Under the pieces are notes generated by a model. That model was not told the DNA's origin, made no database searches, and saw nothing but the letters and a program-made list of their open reading frames with translations. This document shows, one piece after another, positions 10,716-20,030 of a stretch of 64,000 bases of DNA. Positions within the stretch are counted from its first letter, which is position 1, and every line of letters begins with the position of its first letter. The stretch lies in assembly GCA_963843845.1 (NCBI GenBank), contig CAWJMB010000002.1, forward strand, positions 960,001 through 1,024,000, read 5' to 3'. The DNA is from an uncultured Gemmatimonadaceae bacterium (GTDB lineage Bacteria > Gemmatimonadota > Gemmatimonadetes > Gemmatimonadales > Gemmatimonadaceae). A program made the position numbers and the translations under genes.

Positions 10716-11830
10716 ATGAGCCGGTCGTGGGACGCGATCGTCATCGGCGCCGGCATCGTGGGCGCCGCGTGCGCCGAGTCGCTCGCGCGCGACGGGCGGC
10801 GCGTGCTCGTCCTCGACGCGCGCTACGCCGCGGGCGGCACGACGGCCGCGGGGATGGGGCACCTCGTCGCGATGGACGACTCGCCGGAGCAGCTCGCGCT
10901 GACGACGCTGTCGAACACGCTGTGGCGCGAGCTGGCTGCCGAGCTGCCGCCCGCCGTCGAGTACCAGCCGTGCGGCACGATCTGGGTCGCCGAGAACGAC
11001 GCGCAGCTCGACGCGGTCCGCGGGAAGCGGCAGGTCTACGCCGCGCACGGCGTCGCCAGCGACATCGTCGCCCCGCACGAGCTGCGCGCGCTCGAGCCGC
11101 GGCTGCGCGACGGACTCGCCGGCGGGCTGCTCGTTCCCGGCGACGGCGTCGTCTACCAGCCGCGCGCGACGCTCTGGCTGCTCGAGCGCGCGCGCTCGTT
11201 CGGCGCCGTCGTGCGCGAGGGCGTGCGCGTCGATCGCATCGCCGACCACACGGTCCACTGCGGCACCGAGACGGTCGGCGCCGACGTCATCGTGAACGCC
11301 GCCGGCGCCGAGGCCGCCCGCCTCACGCCGGAGCTGCCGATCGTACCGCGCAAAGGGCACCTGGCGATCACCGATCGGTACCCCGGTTTCGTGCGGCACC
11401 AGCTCGTCGAGCTCGGCTACCTCACGAGCGCGCACGTCATGACGAGCGAGTCGGTCGCGTTCAACGTGCAGCCGCGCGCCACCGAGCAGGTGCTCGTCGG
11501 CTCGTCTCGCGAGCTGGTCGGATGGGATGCGTCGATCAACCGCGCGATCCTGCGCCGCATGCTCGATCGCGCCGTCGAGTTCATGCCGGCGCTCGCCGGG
11601 TTGCGGTCGTGCGCACGTGGACCGGCTTTCGCCCTGCGACGCCCGACAAGCTTCCGCTCATCGGCGCCTGGCCGCTCGTCGCCGGGCTCTGCGTCGCCGC
11701 CGGCCACGAAGGGCTCGGCATCACGACGTCGTTAGGCACGGCGCGGCTGCTCGCGGACCTCGTCGCCGAACGCACGCCGCCGATCGACGCGGCGCCGTTC
11801 GCGCCGGCGCGCGCGCTCGCGGCGGCCTGA
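10716..11830 (+). CDS. FAD-dependent D-amino-acid oxidoreductase (D-hydroxyproline dehydrogenase catalytic subunit-like); one frameshift
   Basis: GAGIVG Rossmann motif, PRKGH; after an indel near 11600 continues as WTGFRPATPD..GHEGLGITTS in ORF 10727..11830. Confidence 0.85.
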
Positions 11831-11862
11831 CGGATGGAGACCCGGTCAGTGACACTCGTCGT

Positions 11863-11951
11863 CGACCGTGCCGACCGTGCCGACCGTGCCGACCGTGCCG
11901 ACCGTGCCGACCGTGCCGACCGTGCCGACCGTGCCGACCGTGCCGACCGTG
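11863..11951 (+). repeat. 9-bp tandem repeat CGACCGTGC, about 10 copies, flanked by an 18-bp direct duplication
   Basis: Read directly; GTGACACTCGTCGTCGAC at 11849-11866 and GTGACGCTCGTCGTCGAC at 11949-11966. Confidence 0.95.
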
Positions 11952-12206
11952 ACGCTCGTCGTCGACGGACGGACGACGGTCGTGCCGGCCGGCGTGAGCG
12001 TCGCCGCCGCGCTGTTGGGCGCCGGCGTCACGGCGACGCGCCGCTCCGCGTCCGGCGAGCCGCGCGCGCCACTCTGCGGGATGGGAATCTGTTACGAGTG
12101 CCGCGTCACGATCGACGGCGCGCCGCAACGTCGCGCCTGCCTGGTCTCGGTCGCCGACGGCATGGATGTGCGCACTGCTGCCGCACGACCGGACGGCGGT
12201 GCCTGA
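11868..12206 (+). CDS. (2Fe-2S)-binding subunit of D-hydroxyproline dehydrogenase-like complex
   Basis: CGMGICYEC...RRAC motif; start ambiguous because of the repeat (ATG 11834 is out of frame; in-frame GTGs lie within the repeat). Confidence 0.85.
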   Translation: MPTVPTVPTVPTVPTVPTVPTVPTVPTVTLVVDGRTTVVPAGVSVAAALLGAGVTATRRSASGEPRAPLCGMGICYECRVTIDGAPQRRACLVSVADGMDVRTAAARPDGGA

Positions 12207-12207
12207 C

Positions 12208-13533
12208 ATGCGCGACGTTCCTGAGGCCGGGCGCTTCGACGTCGCGGTCGTCGGCGGGGGACCGGCCGGGCTCGCGGCGGCGACGCGCGCTGCGGAGACC
12301 GGTGCGCGCGTCGTCGTGCTCGACGAGAGTCCGAACGTCGGCGGCCAGATCTGGCGGCATCGCGCCGGCACGCGCCCGCCGCGAGCCGCCCGGCGATGGA
12401 TCGATCGCTGCGCGCGTTCGGGCGCGGCGCACGTCGCCGGCGCGACGGTGTTCGACGCGACCGTGGCATCCAGGCGCGTCGACGTGGCGGACTCGCACGC
12501 CGCGCGGCCTGCCGACGCGCCGTCGCACATCGAGCTCGTCGCCGAGCGCGAGGGGCGACCGCTGCGGATCGAGGCGCGTTCGGTGGTGCTCGCGACCGGC
12601 GCGCGCGAGCTGTTTCTTCCGTTCCCCGGGTGGACCCTCCCCGGCGTCTACGGCGTCGGCGGCGCGCAGGCGCTGCACAAGGCCGGGCTCTCGTTCGCCG
12701 GCAAGCGCGTCGTGATCGCCGGGAGCGGACCGCTGCTGCTCCCCGTCGCCGCGTCGCTCGCGTCCGACGGCGCGACCGTCGCCCTCGTCGCCGAGCAGGC
12801 GCCGTTGGGCGCGCTCGTGCGATTCGCCACCGGGTTGTGGCGCCATCCGTCCGCCGTGCTCGAAGGCGCCCGCTACCGTGCCGGATTCGCGCGCACGCCC
12901 TACCGCGCCGGCTGGTGGGTCGTCGAGGCGCGCGGCGACGCGACCGTGCGCGAGGTCGTCGTGACGGACGGCCGCGAGCGGCGTACGCTCGCCTGCGACG
13001 CGCTGTGCACCGGGTTCGGCCTGATCCCGAACACCGAGCTGGCCGTTCTCCTCGGCGCCTCGCTCTCGGGCGGCGACGTGGTCGTCGACGCGCACCAGAC
13101 GACGACGGTGCCGCACGTGTTCTCCGCCGGCGAGACGACCGGCGTCGGCGGCGTGGACCTCGCGCTCGCCGAAGGGGAGATCGCCGGCCTCTGTGCCGTC
13201 GGGCGCCACGCCGAGGCCCGAGCGTTCTTCTCGCGGCGCGACCGGCTGCGCGCATTCGCCGCATCGCTCGAGCGCACGTTCGCGCCGCGCGCCGAGCTCC
13301 GCTCGCTCGCGACCCCGTCGACGATCGTCTGTCGCTGCGAGGACGTGCCGCTGGGCGCGATCAGTCCTGCGTGGTCGGCGCGGCAGGCGAAGCTCTACAC
13401 GCGTGCCGGAATGGGCCCGTGTCAGGGCCGCGTCTGCGGCGCCGCGCTCTCGTTCGTCTGCGGTTTCCCGCCCGACAGCATCCGTCCACCGACCGCGTCG
13501 GCACTGTTAGGCACGTTGACGTCGAGAGACTGA
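12208..13533 (+). CDS. FAD/NAD(P)-binding oxidoreductase with C-terminal BFD-like Fe-S motif (D-hydroxyproline dehydrogenase alpha-subunit-like)
   Basis: GGGPAG, ATGA, FPGWTLPGV, CRCE and GMGPCQGRVCG motifs. Confidence 0.85.
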   Translation: MRDVPEAGRFDVAVVGGGPAGLAAATRAAETGARVVVLDESPNVGGQIWRHRAGTRPPRAARRWIDRCARSGAAHVAGATVFDATVASRRVDVADSHAARPADAPSHIELVAEREGRPLRIEARSVVLATGARELFLPFPGWTLPGVYGVGGAQALHKAGLSFAGKRVVIAGSGPLLLPVAASLASDGATVALVAEQAPLGALVRFATGLWRHPSAVLEGARYRAGFARTPYRAGWWVVEARGDATVREVVVTDGRERRTLACDALCTGFGLIPNTELAVLLGASLSGGDVVVDAHQTTTVPHVFSAGETTGVGGVDLALAEGEIAGLCAVGRHAEARAFFSRRDRLRAFAASLERTFAPRAELRSLATPSTIVCRCEDVPLGAISPAWSARQAKLYTRAGMGPCQGRVCGAALSFVCGFPPDSIRPPTASALLGTLTSRD

Positions 13534-13547
13534 CGCGCTCGGGTCGC

Positions 13548-14456
13548 TCACACGGCCACCGCCGGCCGCGCCGCGAGCTGCCGCCGGATGATCGCGAGCG
13601 CCGCGTCCAGCTCCGCCCCCTCGAGCGCCAGCCGCGGCCCACGCACGCGTACCGAGCCGCGCCCGAGCTCCGCCTGCACGAGCTTGATGAGCTGTACGAA
13701 CTTCGGCACCGTGTCGAGGCGCAGCAGCGGCAGGAACCAGTGATACAGCGCGAGCGCTTCCTCCCACTGTCCGCGCTGCGCGAGCTCGAACAGCCGTACC
13801 GACTCTGCCGGCAGTGCGTTCACGAGCCCCGCGATCCAGCCGACCGCGCCCGTCGGCACCGCCTCGAGAATCATGTCGTCCATGCCGGCGAACACGTTCA
13901 GGCGGTCGCCCAGCGCCTCGCGCACCGCCGTCACGCGTCGCGCGTCGCCGCTCGACTCCTTCACCGCGTGCAGGTTGTCGTACTCCGCGGCGAGCTCCAT
14001 GAGGTGCGGGGGCAGCACGTCCGTGCGGTACGCGACGGGGTTGTTGTAGAGCATGCACGACAGCCCCGTCGCGCTGAAGATCGCGCCGTAATGCGCGCGG
14101 GTCTCGCGCCAGTCGCTCCAGTACACGTAGGCCGGGAGCGCCATGAGCCCTTCGCACCCGGCGCGCTCGGCCTCCTGCGCGAGGGCGACGCATTCCGCCG
14201 TGGCGAGCCCGGCGATCCCCGCGACGACCGGCACGCGCTCGCCGACCGAGCCGACGCACGTGCGCAGGATCGCCACCTTCTCGTCGAACCCGAGCGTCGC
14301 CGACTCGCCGAGCGAGCCTAACGCGACGATCGCGCGCACGCCGTTGTCGACGAGCCACGAGACGTGCTCGGCGAGGAATCCGTGGTCGACCGCGAGGTCG
14401 TCGCGGAACGGCGTCGTGATGGCGGCGAAGACGCCGGTCCAGTGCGATTGCTGCAT
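13548..14456 (-). CDS. DapA/DHDPS family protein, probable delta1-pyrroline-4-hydroxy-2-carboxylate deaminase
   Basis: AITTPF, GSLGE, LYNNP, Schiff-base KESSGD; GGAGA RBS upstream of ATG; pathway context. Confidence 0.85.
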   Translation of the reverse strand: MQQSHWTGVFAAITTPFRDDLAVDHGFLAEHVSWLVDNGVRAIVALGSLGESATLGFDEKVAILRTCVGSVGERVPVVAGIAGLATAECVALAQEAERAGCEGLMALPAYVYWSDWRETRAHYGAIFSATGLSCMLYNNPVAYRTDVLPPHLMELAAEYDNLHAVKESSGDARRVTAVREALGDRLNVFAGMDDMILEAVPTGAVGWIAGLVNALPAESVRLFELAQRGQWEEALALYHWFLPLLRLDTVPKFVQLIKLVQAELGRGSVRVRGPRLALEGAELDAALAIIRRQLAARPAVAV

Positions 14457-14493
14457 CGTGTGGTCTCCGCCGCGGCGGTGGGGGGAAAGGCGC

Positions 14494-14513
14494 GGCGGAT
14501 ATTGTATCCAATG
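14494..14513. promoter_or_regulatory. Putative GntR-family operator (core ATTGTATCCAAT, 14501-14512)
   Basis: Core is the exact reverse complement of the 3725-3736 core; about 45 bp upstream of the deaminase start. Confidence 0.6.
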
Positions 14514-14581
14514 CCGGACGGCTCGGCAAGCGACGGCCGCCGCGCGGGAAACAGGGCGGCGAGGGGCACCGTAGTGCCGGC

Positions 14582-15778
14582 ATGCGCATTCCGCCGCACC
14601 GAGACATTCAGCGCGTCGTCGCGGCCGTCGTCGCGGCCGTCGTCGCGGCCGCCGCGGCCGCCGCCGCCGGCTGCGCGCGCGCGACGTCGGGCGAGCCGGC
14701 GCGGCTGTCGCCGTCATCGCTGGCGCAACTCGCCGTGCCGATCGACTCGCTGCGGCGCGCCGCGGGCATCCCGGGACTCGCCGTCGCGATCGTCGCCGAC
14801 GGCGCCGTCGTGCTCTCGCGCGGCTTCGGCTACGCGGACGTCGAGCGGCGGCGGCCGGTCGACGGCGACACGCCGTTCAACATCGCGTCGGTCACGAAGC
14901 CGATCGCCGCCGTCGTCGCGCTCACGCTCGTTCAGCGCGGGCGGCTCGATCTCGACCGCCCGATGACGTCGTACGCCGGGTTCGCGGCGTTCTGCGCGGA
15001 CGTGCGCGCCGAGCCGGGCATCTTCTTTCGCGATTACGCGTGCGACGCGCGCGACGCGTGCGACGCGCGCGACACCCCGGCGCTGTCGATGCGTCACGTG
15101 CTGTCGATGACGGCGAACGGCACGCCCGGCACGCGCTTTCTCTACAACCCGATGTCGTACTCGTGGGCGTCGCGCCCCATGGCGCAGGTGAGCGGCGTGT
15201 CGTTCTCGGCGCTCGTCGATTCGCTCGTCTTCCGACCGGCCGGGATGCGCCACTCGGCGCGCATCAATCGACAGCTCCCGCTCCGCGCGGACCTCGCCGC
15301 GCGGCTCGCGCTCCCGTATCACGTCGACTCCGCGGCGCCGCACGGTCCGCCGATCCGCTCGACACCGCCGCCGCCGCAAGGCGACGGTGCCGCGGGCGGC
15401 GTCATCTCGACGGCGAACGACCTCGCGCGCTTCGACCTCGCGCTCGACGCCGGCCGGCTGCTCCCCGACTCGCTCCGCGCCGCGCTCTGGACGCCGACGC
15501 GCACGCCTTCAGGCACGACGCTGCCCTACGGACTCGGCTGGTTCGTGCAGGACGTCGGCGGCTGCCGCGTCGTCTGGCACACCGGGCTGTGGGAGGGGCG
15601 CTACTCCGCGCTGTATCTGAAGCTCCCGGCCGCCCGGGTGACGATGATCCTGCTCGCCAACAGCGACGGCTTGCAGTGGCCGACGCCGCTCGACGGCGCG
15701 GACATCAGCCGCTCTCCGTTTGCGCGCCTGTTGCTGTCGGAGACGTGCGCATCGGCTTCGGCGCCTCCGCGTCGGTGA
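14582..15778 (+). CDS. Serine hydrolase, beta-lactamase/PBP fold (possible lipoprotein)
   Basis: FNIASVTK (SxxK), PGTRFLYN, YGLGW, HTG motifs; AAGC lipobox-like. Confidence 0.8.
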   Translation: MRIPPHRDIQRVVAAVVAAVVAAAAAAAAGCARATSGEPARLSPSSLAQLAVPIDSLRRAAGIPGLAVAIVADGAVVLSRGFGYADVERRRPVDGDTPFNIASVTKPIAAVVALTLVQRGRLDLDRPMTSYAGFAAFCADVRAEPGIFFRDYACDARDACDARDTPALSMRHVLSMTANGTPGTRFLYNPMSYSWASRPMAQVSGVSFSALVDSLVFRPAGMRHSARINRQLPLRADLAARLALPYHVDSAAPHGPPIRSTPPPPQGDGAAGGVISTANDLARFDLALDAGRLLPDSLRAALWTPTRTPSGTTLPYGLGWFVQDVGGCRVVWHTGLWEGRYSALYLKLPAARVTMILLANSDGLQWPTPLDGADISRSPFARLLLSETCASASAPPRR

Positions 15779-15980
15779 CCTCGACGCGATCGAGCGGGCC
15801 GATCAGCGCCCGCAGCCGCGCTGCCAGCCCGGCGCGAGTCTCACGCGTGCGAACGTACCACGACTCCGGCGGCGTGTACGGACGCGGGCGCGCGATCTCG
15901 ACGTGGCGCAGAGCGAGGAAGAACAGGTCGTAGTGGCGGGGCTCGCGCCCGAGCCGATACGCGACGGTATAGTACGGCAT
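15705..15980 (-). CDS. Small hypothetical protein, possibly Cas2/VapD-like ferredoxin fold
   Basis: MPYYTVAYRL..Y..F...L...ESWYVRT...L..LI...DRVEV pattern; 3' end overlaps the serine hydrolase. Confidence 0.4.
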   Translation of the reverse strand: MPYYTVAYRLGREPRHYDLFFLALRHVEIARPRPYTPPESWYVRTRETRAGLAARLRALIGPLDRVEVTDAEAPKPMRTSPTATGAQTESG

Positions 15981-16022
15981 CGCCAGTCTCTCCGCGGACG
16001 TCACTGTGATCGAGTCCTACGC

Positions 16023-16334
16023 ATGCCGATGACCGGAAAGGAACGCGCGGCCCTGCGCGCCGAAGCTCACCACCTCACGCCGCTCGTGCACGTCGGCCAC
16101 CAGGGGCTCACGCCGACCGTCTTCCAGACGCTCGACGACGCGCTGCGTACCCACGAGCTCGTGAAAGTCCAACTCGGCCGCACCGTCGACGTGCCGGCGA
16201 AGGACGCGGCGAACGCGCTCGCGACCGAGGCGTCGGCCGAGGTCGTGCAGGTCATCGGCAAGACCGCGACGCTCTACCGCCACAACCCGGGCCTGAAGCG
16301 CAAGCCCGGCGCGGCGCCGCCGTGGCGTGCCTGA
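16023..16334 (+). CDS. yhbY: YhbY/CRM-domain RNA-binding protein
   Basis: LRAEAHHLTP.VHVG..G, HELVKV, VQVIGK..TLYR motifs. Confidence 0.9.
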   Translation: MPMTGKERAALRAEAHHLTPLVHVGHQGLTPTVFQTLDDALRTHELVKVQLGRTVDVPAKDAANALATEASAEVVQVIGKTATLYRHNPGLKRKPGAAPPWRA

Positions 16335-16360
16335 CGGATCTCGTCAGGCACGCCCGCGAC

Positions 16361-19300
16361 TCACCACCCCGGCGCGAGCTGGAACCCGAACCGCGGACCT
16401 CGCCCCGGGCGCTGGAACGCCTTCGCGTAGAACGTCTCGAGCACCGCGTAGCCGAACAGGTTCACGCGCGCCGTCACCCCGGCGCTGACCACCGGGATGC
16501 GCTCGATCGTCGTGCGCGCCTCGTTGCCCGTCACGAAGCGGAGCGTCGGGCTCTCGCCCCGGTTCCACGCGACGCCCGCGTCCACGAACGGCGCGATCTC
16601 GAGCGGAATGATGTTCGTTCGGATGAGGCTCAGCCCCTCGATGCCGAGGAGCGGGATGCGGATCTCGGCGCTCGCGATGCCGACGCGGCTGCCGAGCAGT
16701 CGGTCGAACACCGGACAGGTCGAGATCGTCGACGACGACGACGAGGTCCCGCATTCCGCCGGGTCGAACGAGTTGTACACGTCGTAGCCGCGCACGAACT
16801 GCGCGTTGCCGAGGTAGATCGGATAGAGCAGCGAGTCGTTCTGCGCGTCCTTGCCGTAGCGGCCGTAGTGGAGCGCGCGCACGGCGAACGTGACCGGCCG
16901 CGCGAGCAGGTAGCGGCGGTAGTCGGCCGTCGCCGTCGTCAGGCTGATCTGTCCGACCGAGGGGCTCACGTCGAAGCGGTAGCGGCCGCCCGCGATCGGC
17001 GAGGTGTAGCCGAACGTCGAATAGTCGCCGACGAACGCGAACTGCGCGTTCGCGTAGGTACGCGGGCCCGGCACGTTGCCGCGGACGCGCTCCTGCCCGA
17101 CCACGCCTCCCGAATTGGGGTCGAGGTAGTAGCGATACGTGTCGACGCGGTAGCTCTGCCGCGTTCCGGTCAGCGCCATCTCGAGGCGCTGCGATCGTGA
17201 CAGCGGGTACTGCAGGATGCCGCCGACCTGGTCGGTGTAGAAGCGGAGCAGGTTCTGGTCGACCACCACGGCGCCCGTCTGCTGGTCGAGGTAGGGCTGC
17301 GTCTGGTAGCCCGTCAGGTACGGGATGCGCCCGACCAGCGCCGCGTAGTTCCAGCGGTGCTTGAAGTTCGTGTACAGCGCCTGCCCGCCGATGTCCTGGA
17401 TGTCTCCCTGCGCCTGCAGCACCGTGACGAGGTTGCGGTTGCCGAGCTGGTCGCTGAACCCGAACGCGACGCCGCCGGCGAACTGCGTCCCGAAGGCGCC
17501 GCCCGTCTGCACGCCGATCGTCGGCGGGGCGATGTAGTCGAGGTGCAGTGCGGGGCTGTACGGGCGCTCGGTGAACTCGCCCGTCGTCGCCGGCAGTCCG
17601 GTGGACGCGTCGGCGAGGTACCCCTCGATCGTGCTCGTGTAGCGCGGTTGGAAGGGCGGCAGCCGCCCGCCGACCGCGGCGGGCTGGGCGTTCGTCGTGC
17701 CGGTCGTCGTCGTCGCGCCACTCGTCGCGGCCGTCGTCGTCCCCGCGACGTCGGTGACGGGCCCGCCGGTGACGGGGGTGCCTAACGCCTGCGCGCCGTC
17801 GAGCCGCACGATGTTGTTGCCCTGCCGGTCGAAGACGGAGAAGGCGATGCGCCCCGTGTTGCGCGCGAGGGCCAACGCGGGCGAGAGCGACGTGACGCCG
17901 ATGACGCCCGTTCGCACGCGCGTCACCTGCGCCAGCGCGCCGGTGGCGATGTCCATCCGGTAGACGTCGTTGAATCCGGTGCGGTCGCTCACGAAGTACA
18001 CCGAGCGGCCGTCGGGCGAGAAGTGCGGGTTGATCGACTTCGCGCCCGGCGCGGGCACCGGCAGCAGGCGGATCTGCTTCGTCGCGACGTCGATCATGCC
18101 GACCCGCATCGGGCCGAACGTGAGGCGGTCGATGTCGGTCTGCGTGCCGCGGTCGGTCACGAACGCGATCGAGCGGCCATCCGGACTCCACGACGGCTGC
18201 AGCTCCGCCTCGCGTCCCTCGGTGAGCCGCGTGATCGCGTCGGTCGCGAGGTCGTACACGTAGAGGTCGGTGACGCCGCCGATCGATCCGGAGAACGCGA
18301 TCGAGCGGCCGTCGGGGCTCCACGCCGGGTCGGACGCCGTCCCGAAGTCCGCGGTCTTCAGGCTGCGGATCTCGCGCCCCTCGTCGATGTCGTAGAGGCG
18401 GATCGTCTGGTCGCCCTTCTGATAGACCACGTACGCGAGCTGCCTGCCGTCGGGCGAGAACGTGCCTCCCGTCTGGATGAACGAGAGCGCGTCGTAGTGG
18501 CGCGGCGAGTTGATGCTGCTCAGGCGGCGGAACACGCGCCCCGTCTCGACGTCGGCGACGTAGATGTCGATGCCGAACAGGTCGCGGCTCGAGTAGAAGG
18601 CGATGCGGCGCCCGTCGGGGCTCAGCGTCGGCGAGACGTTGTACTCGCTGCCACGCTTGTCGCGCTGCGTGATGACCGGCGTCGCCGTCGAGTCGGGGGG
18701 CGTGCGGTTCGCGAGCAGCGGCAGGTACGCGTCCTTGATCGCCGCCTTCCAGTCCTTCGAGAGCTGCTCCGTCGAGACGTCGAGCACGCGGCGGATGGCG
18801 CCCTCGAACCCGTACCGCAGAGACGAGCGGTAGACGTCGACGACGGCCTGGTCGCCGTAGCGCCCGCCGACGTACGCCCAGAGCGCCTGGCCGTAGCGGT
18901 ACGGGAAGTACTTCGGGTCGGTGTTGAGCTGCTTGATCGTGGGCACGTCGTCGCGGCGCGCGGCGTCGCGGAGCCACGTCGCGGTGTTCGAGTCGTCCCT
19001 GCCTAACGACAGGTACTCGGCCATCCCTTCCACGAGCCAGAGGGGAAGGCCGTTCAGCCCGATGCTCCGCCCGCTCCCCGGCACCGACGCCTGCTTCTCG
19101 GCGATGTCGTACTGGAACACGTGCACGATCTCGTGGCCGAGGACGTGGTGCGTGTCGAAGTACGAGCCGGTGTGGGGCATGACGACGCGCTGGCGGAACC
19201 CTTCGGTCACGCCCCCGGTGCCCTCGCTCTCGATCTGGGTGACGTTGTTCTGCTGGAAGTCGGGCTGGTCGGCGAAGAAGATGATCGTCTTCCGCTCGGT

Positions 19301-19570
19301 GAACTGGTGCCGCATGAACGGGCTCAGTCGCGCGTACCAGCGCTCCGCCATGCGCGCCGCGTCGGCGGTCGCGACCCCCTCCGACGGGTAGTAGTTCACG
19401 TCGAAGTGCGGCGTCTGGATGACTTTGAAGTCGTAGGTCTCGTAGTTGACCTTGTTCTGCCCGAAGTACTGGGCCGACGCCGGCGCTGGCGCGGCGGCGA
19501 GCGCCACGACGGTCGTGGTCGTGGCGAACGCGCCGGACTGCACCGCGCGCGCGAGGGCGTGACGAAACAT
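16361..19570 (-). CDS. Large outer-membrane protein: N-terminal HExxH zincin-like domain, TolB/PD40 beta-propeller, C-terminal Omp85/BamA-type barrel
   Basis: Signal peptide then [24 protein letters not shown]; repeated (W/F)SPDGR blades; FVRGY, AEIRIP, FVDAG and C-terminal Trp. Confidence 0.8.
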   Translation of the reverse strand: MFRHALARAVQSGAFATTTTVVALAAAPAPASAQYFGQNKVNYETYDFKVIQTPHFDVNYYPSEGVATADAARMAERWYARLSPFMRHQFTERKTIIFFADQPDFQQNNVTQIESEGTGGVTEGFRQRVVMPHTGSYFDTHHVLGHEIVHVFQYDIAEKQASVPGSGRSIGLNGLPLWLVEGMAEYLSLGRDDSNTATWLRDAARRDDVPTIKQLNTDPKYFPYRYGQALWAYVGGRYGDQAVVDVYRSSLRYGFEGAIRRVLDVSTEQLSKDWKAAIKDAYLPLLANRTPPDSTATPVITQRDKRGSEYNVSPTLSPDGRRIAFYSSRDLFGIDIYVADVETGRVFRRLSSINSPRHYDALSFIQTGGTFSPDGRQLAYVVYQKGDQTIRLYDIDEGREIRSLKTADFGTASDPAWSPDGRSIAFSGSIGGVTDLYVYDLATDAITRLTEGREAELQPSWSPDGRSIAFVTDRGTQTDIDRLTFGPMRVGMIDVATKQIRLLPVPAPGAKSINPHFSPDGRSVYFVSDRTGFNDVYRMDIATGALAQVTRVRTGVIGVTSLSPALALARNTGRIAFSVFDRQGNNIVRLDGAQALGTPVTGGPVTDVAGTTTAATSGATTTTGTTNAQPAAVGGRLPPFQPRYTSTIEGYLADASTGLPATTGEFTERPYSPALHLDYIAPPTIGVQTGGAFGTQFAGGVAFGFSDQLGNRNLVTVLQAQGDIQDIGGQALYTNFKHRWNYAALVGRIPYLTGYQTQPYLDQQTGAVVVDQNLLRFYTDQVGGILQYPLSRSQRLEMALTGTRQSYRVDTYRYYLDPNSGGVVGQERVRGNVPGPRTYANAQFAFVGDYSTFGYTSPIAGGRYRFDVSPSVGQISLTTATADYRRYLLARPVTFAVRALHYGRYGKDAQNDSLLYPIYLGNAQFVRGYDVYNSFDPAECGTSSSSSTISTCPVFDRLLGSRVGIASAEIRIPLLGIEGLSLIRTNIIPLEIAPFVDAGVAWNRGESPTLRFVTGNEARTTIERIPVVSAGVTARVNLFGYAVLETFYAKAFQRPGRGPRFGFQLAPGW

Positions 19571-19762
19571 CGCGATCTCCCTTGAAGTGCGGGCCGCTCT
19601 GCCGGCGGCGAGATGGAGCCGAACGCGACTCGGGCAACAGCCATACCACAGCCCGGTGCCGTCGTCCCACGAGAAACACGCGACCCCGCGCGTCACCTAC
19701 CCCGTGACCAACGCCGATTCTATCTTTCGCGCCGCACTCCTCGCCTCTCTCCCGATCTCCCG

Positions 19763-20027
19763 ATGCCGTACGTCATCACCGAAGCCTGCATCAGCGTCAA
19801 GGACAAGTCGTGCGTCGACGTCTGCCCGGTCGACTGCATCTACGAGGGCCCCGAGCAGCTGTTACATCCACCCGGACGAGTGCATCGACTGCGGCGCGTG
19901 CGAGCCGGAGTGCCCGGTGACCGCGATCTTCCCGGACGAGGACGTGCCGGCGCAGCTCAAGGACTACGTCCGGAAGAACCGCGAGATCTTCACGAGCGAC
20001 GCACCGCCGGGGCGCCCGACGCGCTGA
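19763..20027 (+). CDS. 7Fe-type dicluster ferredoxin; one frameshift
   Basis: [27 protein letters not shown], then [18 protein letters not shown] after an indel near 19860. Confidence 0.9.
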
Positions 20028-20030
20028 GCG

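Noticed and set aside
11863..11951. Repeat array as a CRISPR
   Set aside because: Contiguous 9-bp units with no spacers, and no cas genes. The same applies to the 13-bp repeat at 32032-32079.
10716..13533. Three-gene oxidoreductase as hydrogen cyanide synthase (hcnABC) or opine oxidase
   Set aside because: Same protein families, but the flanking epimerase, DapA-like deaminase and aldehyde dehydrogenase favour D-hydroxyproline dehydrogenase.
13548..14456. dapA (lysine biosynthesis)
   Set aside because: It has GSLGE rather than the GTTGE of true DHDPS and sits in a catabolic cluster with the shared operator.
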